From positions 1 to 49,116 of IMG/VR virus record IMGVR_UViG_3300005805_000129: DNA of 49,116 bases; one strand, 5' to 3'. The stretch comes from a virus. Its lineage: Duplodnaviria > Caudoviricetes. The notes below the pieces were generated by a model. It was not told where the DNA came from and did not search any database. It worked only from the letters and a program-made list of their open reading frames with translations. Within the stretch, counting starts at the first letter, position 1; each line of letters opens with the position of its first letter. The translations under genes and the position numbers were made by a program. Shown here piece after piece: positions 9,094 through 16,823 of the stretch.

Positions 9094-9480
9094 ATGTCTC
9101 TAGCCAACAAACTTATTACTAAACTTCAAGGACTGCGCGATCGTCGAGCAGGAGATGCGATCGGTGCGCCTAACGTGCTGCCATTAACAGTGGTGACTCG
9201 CACTGCGTCGGGCGAAACAAGGCTAGAGATATTGCCTCACCCCACGATTCTACGAGTTAACCCTCGTACCGTCGCCTTGTTTGAAAGCACTAATATCAAG
9301 GTTGGTATTGACGACTATCAGGTGAGTGGTATATCTGCGGCATACACCGAGGCTCAGCTTACGGGCAAGGGAAAGTATTACATCGTTGACAACTCGATTA
9401 AGTGTAACGAAGTAATGGGGACTATCGAAAATAAGAGTTTTAGCTGGGAAATTATTTTAACGAGGATACCAAATCGATGA
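9094..9480 (+). CDS. Putative head-closure / head-tail joining protein
   Basis: 128-aa beta-rich ORF after the adaptor. Call is by synteny only. Confidence 0.5.
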   Translation: MSLANKLITKLQGLRDRRAGDAIGAPNVLPLTVVTRTASGETRLEILPHPTILRVNPRTVALFESTNIKVGIDDYQVSGISAAYTEAQLTGKGKYYIVDNSIKCNEVMGTIENKSFSWEIILTRIPNR

Positions 9481-11078
9481 GTACTGACAGATTAGATGCA
9501 CAGGTAGAAGTAAAAGTCCCAGCACAAAATGGGCGTAAGGCTTATTCGTATTATCGCAATGTCGGAATAGCGAAGAAAGGTGCTGCGGGTATTGGCGCTG
9601 CACTTACCTTGGGTGGATTGGGGGCAGCAGCGATCGCGATGAGGAAGAAGCCAGAAGAATCAAAAGCCTTACGAACACCAGTTGAGGTTCCCGCTCCTGT
9701 TGTAGCACCTCAGTCCACCGCGAGTCGGGTTGGTGAGTTTGCCAAGAAAGCTGCGATCAGGACTGGCGAGACTGTAGCTACACTTGCGGGAAGTATAGCT
9801 GTAAATAAAGCCGTTTCTTTTGCGGTCAAAAAGGCGGTTTCAAAAATTACAGAGAAACCTGAAGAGAGTGGCGAGGCCCGTCGAGCTAGGTATGCGGCAG
9901 AGGATGCTGCGGAGGAAGAAGCGTATGAACAGCGTAAAGCGGCAAAGAAAAACAAAACGACAGAGAGAGAGCCGCTAAAGCTCACCGATTTTGAAGATGC
10001 CCCGCGAATGAGTGGTGATAAAACAGATGAATCGATTCGGCAAGCCGTAATAAAAGGTAATAGACCAGCTCCCCCCGATCGCCTACCATCGCCAAAACCA
10101 AAAGTACAAGTCGGTGGGGCATTAGTCCCTGTCAACAAACCTGAAGCCGCTACACCTCCTCCCTTAACCCGATTGCCTTACAATCCTCCTGCACCCAAGG
10201 TGTCTACTGGTGGATTAACTGTTACTGCGGGTGAATCGGGTGAGAATAGTGGGAGTGCGATCGCTAAACCACAAAAAACACTACTAACGAAAGTCTCAGG
10301 TTCTGCTGGTGCTGCGCTAGGCAGACTTGTCCGTAAGGGCAGGGAAGGATGGGAGCGCGATCGACAAGCTGGCGGTATATCCTCGCTACCCGACAAAGAA
10401 TATGATGTGAATCAGTTGGCTTATAAAGCTGGTCAAAAGACGCGATCGGTAGCCAAGTCTGCTGCTTATAAGGCTGGTCAAGGTACGCGATCGGCGGCTG
10501 AGTCTGTCGCTAATTTCGCCCAAAGTTTTTACAGCACTTTTGTCGAGAACAAAGCGAATGACGTGCAAGCCGAAGAGGTTAAAGAACCTAGCAAGGTTCA
10601 GAGAAAGCTTGGAGGTATAACCATTAAGGCCCTGCCTCAAGGTGGAAAGAGGAAACTCGGTCGTCCAAAGACCAAGTTTGGTCCCAAAGATTTTATTAAA
10701 CCAGAGGATAAGCAAGTGAGAAATAATTCCGTTTACATGCGAATCGACAGCCTTGTTGAGCAGATCCGTGAAGATGCAAAGTGCGGCTCAGGGAGTAAGT
10801 CTTGCGGCAAGGTTTGCATCCCTCAAGAGAAGAATTGCTTAGGCGAAACCGCGAAAGCCTTTGGTGGTGGTGCAGTCCAGTCCTTAGCTGGCCCAATCGG
10901 TAGCGGCACTTATCGGGCGCTGCGTAAACGCGGTCATGGTCGAGGTATGTCCATTGGTGGCGCGATCGCTGCAAATACGGTTGCTACACTAACCCCTGCT
11001 GCGGGGGTATTAGCCTTGGGCGCTATGGCAGCAAAGAAGGAAGAAGACGAGGCAAACCGTAAAAAGGCTAAGAAGTAA
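9477..11078 (+). CDS. Putative virion internal (cargo) protein 1, low-complexity, two RxD-tag modules
   Basis: N-terminal DRLDA-QVEVKVP..GRKAYSY plus a Gly/Ala hydrophobic stretch. C-terminal MRIDS..IREDA-KCGSGSKSCGKVCIPQEKNC plus a second hydrophobic stretch. Confidence 0.6.
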   Translation: MSTDRLDAQVEVKVPAQNGRKAYSYYRNVGIAKKGAAGIGAALTLGGLGAAAIAMRKKPEESKALRTPVEVPAPVVAPQSTASRVGEFAKKAAIRTGETVATLAGSIAVNKAVSFAVKKAVSKITEKPEESGEARRARYAAEDAAEEEAYEQRKAAKKNKTTEREPLKLTDFEDAPRMSGDKTDESIRQAVIKGNRPAPPDRLPSPKPKVQVGGALVPVNKPEAATPPPLTRLPYNPPAPKVSTGGLTVTAGESGENSGSAIAKPQKTLLTKVSGSAGAALGRLVRKGREGWERDRQAGGISSLPDKEYDVNQLAYKAGQKTRSVAKSAAYKAGQGTRSAAESVANFAQSFYSTFVENKANDVQAEEVKEPSKVQRKLGGITIKALPQGGKRKLGRPKTKFGPKDFIKPEDKQVRNNSVYMRIDSLVEQIREDAKCGSGSKSCGKVCIPQEKNCLGETAKAFGGGAVQSLAGPIGSGTYRALRKRGHGRGMSIGGAIAANTVATLTPAAGVLALGAMAAKKEEDEANRKKAKK

Positions 11079-11080
11079 TC

Positions 11081-12295
11081 ATGTACGCGATCGCTGCTTT
11101 ATCAAAAATAATCCGTAGTGATGCCCGAAAAGAGGTGAAAGTCCCTGCTACTCAGGGGCGGAAAGCCTACTCCTACTTTCGCGAAGGTGCGGAAGGTGAA
11201 GCTGGTTCTTCGCGGAGACCTTCTCGGAAAGTTGTGGCGGGTGTTGGAGGTGCGATCACTGCTGCTGGTTTGGCTGGTTTAGCGGCGATCGCCATGAGAA
11301 GAAGCGAGTCCAACCGAAGAGGACTGCAATCCCCAGCTTTTGTGCCGCCGAAGATCGAAGGTGTTCAAGAGGCGATCGCGGAAAAACTATCTCCACAAGA
11401 AACAAGGAAAATACCTGTTGGAAGATATCTGTCTTTGGGTGTGGGCGGAATGATCGGACTACAGGTTGTCAGAGAGAAGACTGCGGATATCAGGGCGTTC
11501 TCCGAGTTCAAGAAAGATCGCGAGCAGTTGGCTAAAGACGGCATTCCTAATGAATTGAAAAAATCATACCAACATATGAACCCAGAGTTAGCGTTGAGCG
11601 TAGCTGCTGCGGAGGCGCGAATTAAAGACAACGATTTTGAGACGGTATACGCTTTTGATAAGGAGGGTAAACCTCTGATAATCAGAGGAGGAAGCAGGGC
11701 TGGTTTTGGGTACGGACTCACGGACTACGCAAAGCTATTCCCATTCGGGCAAAGGAAAAATATTAGCGTTATAACTCACAATCACCCCCTAGACGCAACC
11801 CTTTCAGCGCAAGACTTCGTTCTACTGGAAAAGCAGCAAAAAATGGGGTTTAACAGTCTCACGGAGTTTAGGGCTACCAGCGCAAAAAACATGTATAGCC
11901 TTAGAGCCAGAAAAGGGGAGTTCCTTGGGGAGCAAGGGACAAAAACTAGGACTTCTAAGGTTGTATACCCGTCTAGTCGCTATTTCGCAGGGATAGAAAT
12001 GAACAGACAGACCTCGAATGAGCTAAAGATGCTGAAGATAGCGACTATGAAACTAGATGAAGAGGTTTTAACAAAAAAGAGATCTGAGGGGCTGAAAGGC
12101 AAGGAACTGCTGGAGTCTGCTATTAAGGAAATTGACGAAAGGGGCGAGGAGAGGCATCAAGCTATTCTCGAAGCCTACAAAGAAATGAATCGCAGAAAAG
12201 GAACTGGAGAAACATCCGGGAATGCTAAAGGCGCGAAATACGAATCGACTCCTTCTCGTTTGATTTATACACGTATTCCTCGGAAGGGTAAATAA
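11081..12295 (+). CDS. Putative cargo protein 2 with JAB/MPN metallopeptidase-like domain
   Basis: N-terminal IRSDA-RKEVKVP..GRKAYSY is shared with the 9477 gene. FETVYAFD..VITHNHP..TLSAQD gives the E..HxH..S..D JAB motif. Confidence 0.7.
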   Translation: MYAIAALSKIIRSDARKEVKVPATQGRKAYSYFREGAEGEAGSSRRPSRKVVAGVGGAITAAGLAGLAAIAMRRSESNRRGLQSPAFVPPKIEGVQEAIAEKLSPQETRKIPVGRYLSLGVGGMIGLQVVREKTADIRAFSEFKKDREQLAKDGIPNELKKSYQHMNPELALSVAAAEARIKDNDFETVYAFDKEGKPLIIRGGSRAGFGYGLTDYAKLFPFGQRKNISVITHNHPLDATLSAQDFVLLEKQQKMGFNSLTEFRATSAKNMYSLRARKGEFLGEQGTKTRTSKVVYPSSRYFAGIEMNRQTSNELKMLKIATMKLDEEVLTKKRSEGLKGKELLESAIKEIDERGEERHQAILEAYKEMNRRKGTGETSGNAKGAKYESTPSRLIYTRIPRKGK

Positions 12296-12296
12296 T

Positions 12297-14930
12297 ATGT
12301 ACGCGATCGCACCAGCACCAGTAATTCAAAACACAGATCCACTCGCAGCTAGAAGGGTAATCGCGAGACTATTGACTCGCATTATTTCTCGCGCTTACGG
12401 GAGCATCGATCAGATTGTTAACATCAATATTGGCGATGACGGGCTAATTACCTGCCTGTTTCGCGATGACGATAAGGATCGCAAGCTGATTCGACTGGTG
12501 CTAGGCGATCACATTGAATACAAGCAAGTACTGGATGGACGCACTGATGCAGTAGATACTGACGCAGATCAGTACTTACTTGCGTATGCAAACAATATTG
12601 GACAGCGTGCTGACAAAATTTCTAAGCCTAAAAACTGTAAAGTTGGGCTGTCTTGTAAGGGAGCCTGCATCTCCAAGACCGATACCTGTCGTATTGACGT
12701 ACCCGAAGCTTTAAATAGGCAAGAAATTTCAGATCTGAATGATGCGGTAAACGAGGTCCAAAAAGCTAAGTTCGTCGGCGTTGCCCCTGTTGAGGATGAA
12801 TTAGATAACAAAAACATCCGCGAATTAAAAGATGAAGCTCGTAAACGTGGGGTTTATCGCTACTCGTACATGAGCCAATCCCAGCTACGCGAATCAATTC
12901 GCTTGCAAAAAGCCAACCCCGATCGCCAAAAGATTGTCCGAGAAGGGTTAAACCGTGCGGAGTCAAACAAGAAAGCTCTTAAGAGTTTATTACCTCAACC
13001 CGTAGCTGGTGCTTGGAAAGATATTGAGAAGGTTAGTAAGTTCTTTGGCGATAATCGTCCTGCGGCAGGGATATTGGCGGCAAGTATTTTATTGGGCATT
13101 CCTTCGTCGGTAATGATGTCGGCTCGCGATCGCTACAAGGAAGGATTGCCCGAATCGGCGCTAATGGCATACCAAAGAGCGCAAACCACTCCTATCGAGT
13201 CAACAAGCAAGCCTCAAATTACCTTTGCTGTGGGTGGATTTTCTAACCTTGGATCTTCGGGTGACAAGGTTGCTGAATACCTGAAAACCCCTCTGGATAC
13301 ATCAAAGCGAGAGCAATGGTTTAACAAGACTCAGGAAATCATTCCTTTTAACAACACTGAGTTCAATGTTCCGCCCACGAACATTGAACAAAAAGACAAG
13401 AATGGCAACTACAATCCCTTGTATTTGGGGTATGTCGCCAAGGAAAGTTTTGGCAAATATTTAAGCAATGCCGTGGGTGGCAGGAACGAGGCTGCGGTGG
13501 ACTTAGCCTCCAAGCTATATGCTTATGGCTCCAAGTATCGCGATAAGCCTCTAAACGTGGTTAGCCACGGCTCTGGAGGTAATGTCGTTGACGAGGCTGC
13601 GGAGATTCTTAGTCGAATCAAACCGCCCAAAGGTATTGACGGCGGCGAAGTACTGAAACGACTCAATATTGCTCGACTCGGAGGAGTATCCTTTGGGCTA
13701 ACAGGTGGCACAACTCAGGACGATAAGAACTGGGCAAATATCAATAACCGCACTATCACGTCTAAGAACGACCCCTTCTCGATTTTACCCAAGAAGTTTG
13801 CCCAGTTTGTTAGCTCGGTAAAAGGGCATGAGATTGAGGACTACTTGACGAATGGCGCAGTCAGGGACAAAATTCGAGAAACTTTTGGCTTCTTTTCTAA
13901 TTCTGTTGCGGGAAGTAAGTCTAGCGATAAGTCAAAGAAAGAGGTCTTTGAGGCAACAGGGACTTTGCTGAAGACTGTAAACCCCGCGCTTGGGAAACTG
14001 TGGAACCTGACTTCCGCTATTGGTGACAAATACAAGGATAATCCCACTGCTGCCACTATTAGCGCTGCGGCTGTATTGGCGCAAACCACGGTAGGTGCAG
14101 CAGTCCTTGCTAGAGTTAAATACAATGACAATATCCAAAGATCAGCGCTTGAAGCCCAAGCCATCGTCGCCAGTGGCGGCACAACATCCCCTGCACCGAC
14201 AAAACCCCAAGTAATCGTGGCTATTGGTGATGGTGAAACCCCTAGCAGTAACGTAGCCAAGTCAATTACCGACAACAGCAAAAAAGTCAAAGACCAGACT
14301 GATCGCGATATGTATGGCCAGAGCGATGTAATCGCTTTTGATCGCACCCTTCCACCGCAGTCGAAAGGTCGGGTTATGGGCATTATCGACACGATGGCGA
14401 AGAGTTACGAAGCCGTAATGAGTAAGTCCCTCAAGGCGGGTAGAGACCCCGAGGCGGTGAGGTTAGCTGCGGAGCTTTACCAGATTGGCAACTCCACTTA
14501 CGGTGGTAATACGACAGAGCATCCCGCGATCGCTATTGTTGGACTAAAGCAAGGCGGCGAGACAGCAAAAAGAGCCTTGGATATCTTGGAGTCCATGCAA
14601 AAAGTCGGTTCTCAGGGCAATGTTTCTGGCTCTTACATCGCCAAGCAGATCCACCTCGTAACACTGGGAACTCCCGAACTAGGTTTTGGCGGAGATAAGG
14701 CGGACTCCAAGAAGCCAGACGGAGATATCCTGAAGACTCCAAAAACTGATCTCTGGTCAGATGGAGATCTCTGGAGTCGGACTCCTTTTAGGGGTAAAAA
14801 TCCCGACAATTTCACTGGCTCCAATGGTAGTTGGGTGGACTACCTCTCGGTGGATGCTGCTGACGCGATCGCTAAGAAACTCAATGCCACATTAACTCAG
14901 CGCCGTAAAGCGAGGAAACAAACTCCATGA
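12297..14930 (+). CDS. Putative cargo protein 3: Cys-knuckle, Rho-N-like domain, two degenerate alpha/beta-hydrolase-like repeats
   Basis: QRADK..CKVGLSCKGACISKTDTC; LDNKNIRELKDEARKRGV..SYMSQSQL (Rho_N-like); VVSHGSGG..IARLGG and IVGLKQGG..LVTLGTP. Confidence 0.6.
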   Translation: MYAIAPAPVIQNTDPLAARRVIARLLTRIISRAYGSIDQIVNINIGDDGLITCLFRDDDKDRKLIRLVLGDHIEYKQVLDGRTDAVDTDADQYLLAYANNIGQRADKISKPKNCKVGLSCKGACISKTDTCRIDVPEALNRQEISDLNDAVNEVQKAKFVGVAPVEDELDNKNIRELKDEARKRGVYRYSYMSQSQLRESIRLQKANPDRQKIVREGLNRAESNKKALKSLLPQPVAGAWKDIEKVSKFFGDNRPAAGILAASILLGIPSSVMMSARDRYKEGLPESALMAYQRAQTTPIESTSKPQITFAVGGFSNLGSSGDKVAEYLKTPLDTSKREQWFNKTQEIIPFNNTEFNVPPTNIEQKDKNGNYNPLYLGYVAKESFGKYLSNAVGGRNEAAVDLASKLYAYGSKYRDKPLNVVSHGSGGNVVDEAAEILSRIKPPKGIDGGEVLKRLNIARLGGVSFGLTGGTTQDDKNWANINNRTITSKNDPFSILPKKFAQFVSSVKGHEIEDYLTNGAVRDKIRETFGFFSNSVAGSKSSDKSKKEVFEATGTLLKTVNPALGKLWNLTSAIGDKYKDNPTAATISAAAVLAQTTVGAAVLARVKYNDNIQRSALEAQAIVASGGTTSPAPTKPQVIVAIGDGETPSSNVAKSITDNSKKVKDQTDRDMYGQSDVIAFDRTLPPQSKGRVMGIIDTMAKSYEAVMSKSLKAGRDPEAVRLAAELYQIGNSTYGGNTTEHPAIAIVGLKQGGETAKRALDILESMQKVGSQGNVSGSYIAKQIHLVTLGTPELGFGGDKADSKKPDGDILKTPKTDLWSDGDLWSRTPFRGKNPDNFTGSNGSWVDYLSVDAADAIAKKLNATLTQRRKARKQTP

Positions 14931-15259
14931 GATTAGACACAACATGCGATCGCGGCAAACCATGCCAAGGCGAAGACGGACAAACGTACTGTATCCCTCA
15001 AGGCGCTACTTGCAGCAAAGGTAAAGTCGGCAGAATTATCAAAGGCGTTGCTGGCGCAGTTGGTCGTGGTGTAATTACTGGGCTGACTGCTGTGGCGATC
15101 GCTAAACTTACCAACAAGGACGAGGACGGCTTGAAGGGGAAGTTAAATACGGGGAAAGCCATATTTAACGCGGGTCGTGCCACGGGTAAAGTTGAATCTA
15201 GAGCCGCGAGTGGCGCTAAGGCTATTAGCAAGATAATCAAGAAGCGGAGTAAAAAATGA
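14927..15259 (+). CDS. Putative cargo protein 4 (minimal RxD + Cys-knuckle + basic amphipathic peptide)
   Basis: MRLDTT-CDRGKPC..YCIPQGATC followed by Gly/Ala/Lys-rich helices. Confidence 0.6.
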   Translation: MRLDTTCDRGKPCQGEDGQTYCIPQGATCSKGKVGRIIKGVAGAVGRGVITGLTAVAIAKLTNKDEDGLKGKLNTGKAIFNAGRATGKVESRAASGAKAISKIIKKRSKK

Positions 15260-16371
15260 CGGGGGATTTAGCCAACGATTTAGCCTACCTTGAAGGACAG
15301 GTATCTGTAGTTTTGCGCCGTGACAGCGGCAAGAAAATTAAATGTAAACAGGGGTATATCCAGCGTGGGAGTGCCTGTCAGAAGATTGGCGAAAAGAAGG
15401 CTGCTGGTGATTTAGCTCGGAATATTGGTGTAGGGCTAGGTACTGCGGCTTTGGTTGGTGGCGCGGCGGCGATCGCGGCAAAAAAGAGCGAAGGCGAGTC
15501 TTTATCAAGTAAAGCGACACGAAAATCGGTTGACGTATCTTTTGGTAATAACACGGAGAAGACCAACAATATTAAACTCCGAGGTGCTGCAACTGGGGTT
15601 GGAGTTGCGGCTGCTTTAGCGACTTCTTATATCGGTGTTAACGCTCTTGATAAAAAGTATCAAATAACAGATGCTGCTCTGCTTTCTGCCTACCAAGCAT
15701 CAATATCGCAGGGAGAAAAAGCGGACGCGATTATCGACAAAATGAATATCCCAAAAAAGCGAAAGGAAGAAGCGAAAGATCTAGTTGGAGCGACTAAAAT
15801 GTTTTTTGCGAAACAGATAGTTCCTAGATGGGGTTTTCAGTTGTCTTCGGTAGATACGAAAAACAACTCTTTTACTTACAAACACAAAGACAATGGTAGT
15901 GTTTACACAGTGGGTAGTGCAGGATCTGCGATTATTACATTTGGGAGTTTAAAAAGAGGTGAAAGAGAGGGCAGTCCTATATACGAAATGGGGTTTCAAG
16001 TTAACGAGTCTTTTGATAGAAAAGGGGGTATGGATTCAAGTACCGCTAAAAAAATAATAAAAATATCAAAAAACGCTTTTAAAGAACACCTAGATTTACT
16101 TCCAGAAGACTGCGTGATCAGGTGTTCTCCCTATGATAAGGATGACGCTGGAGAGAAAAGGAGAAGTATTTACGAAAAAGAAGGTTTTACCCCGTTGCCA
16201 AGTATGCCAAAAACTCAGTTGTACGCAGTAAAGATAGGAGGAGAGTTTACAAAGCTGGAGTCCGATTTCGAGAAAAAATACGTGGCTAACTTGGTAAGGA
16301 ATAACAAGCCTAGCTCCAGTTCAGAGCAAAAGAAAGATTCTTATCGCTTGCGAATACTGATCGCAAGATAG
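15256..16371 (+). CDS. Putative cargo protein 5 with possible GNAT-like C-terminal domain
   Basis: LRRDS-GKKIKCKQGYIQRGSAC, two Gly/Ala hydrophobic stretches, then YEMGFQVNESF..KRRSIYEKEGF. It ends KKDS. Confidence 0.55.
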   Translation: MTGDLANDLAYLEGQVSVVLRRDSGKKIKCKQGYIQRGSACQKIGEKKAAGDLARNIGVGLGTAALVGGAAAIAAKKSEGESLSSKATRKSVDVSFGNNTEKTNNIKLRGAATGVGVAAALATSYIGVNALDKKYQITDAALLSAYQASISQGEKADAIIDKMNIPKKRKEEAKDLVGATKMFFAKQIVPRWGFQLSSVDTKNNSFTYKHKDNGSVYTVGSAGSAIITFGSLKRGEREGSPIYEMGFQVNESFDRKGGMDSSTAKKIIKISKNAFKEHLDLLPEDCVIRCSPYDKDDAGEKRRSIYEKEGFTPLPSMPKTQLYAVKIGGEFTKLESDFEKKYVANLVRNNKPSSSSEQKKDSYRLRILIAR

Positions 16372-16424
16372 TGAAAACGTCGTTAGCGATCGCGCTATAA
16401 TGCCACAAAGAAATCGTAAAAACA

Positions 16425-16775
16425 ATGAAAAAGATATTTGTTGTACTAGCCGTCTTGGTGGGCGGACTAGGTGTGGTTAGTCTCTTTAATCATGCTCGCG
16501 CCGATCTAGCCGTTTCAGCGATATATCCAGACTACAAACTGTGTCGGTCAGGCTACAAACTGTTAGGAGAAAAAGAGCAATTTTTAAAAAATATTGCGAG
16601 CTTCAATGAAAGCGAGGAGAAATACAGGAACACAATAGAGACTATAAACAGGGTAGAAGATAGTTGCGCTAGGTATTACAAGTACCTTGGCGAGTGGAGC
16701 GATCTCAAGATTAAGCCGTCGGACGACTTGGTATGGGCTTTGGTATCTCGATATGAGCCAGAAAAAATAAAGTAA
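16425..16775 (+). CDS. Small exported protein (moron-like)
   Basis: Signal peptide MKKIFVVLAVLVGGLGVVSLFNHARA. TATAAT at 16396-16401 lies upstream. Confidence 0.65.
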   Translation: MKKIFVVLAVLVGGLGVVSLFNHARADLAVSAIYPDYKLCRSGYKLLGEKEQFLKNIASFNESEEKYRNTIETINRVEDSCARYYKYLGEWSDLKIKPSDDLVWALVSRYEPEKIK

Positions 16776-16823
16776 TGGTTGACGCTGCAAGAATAACCAA
16801 GAAGACTATTTTTGGTTATTCTT

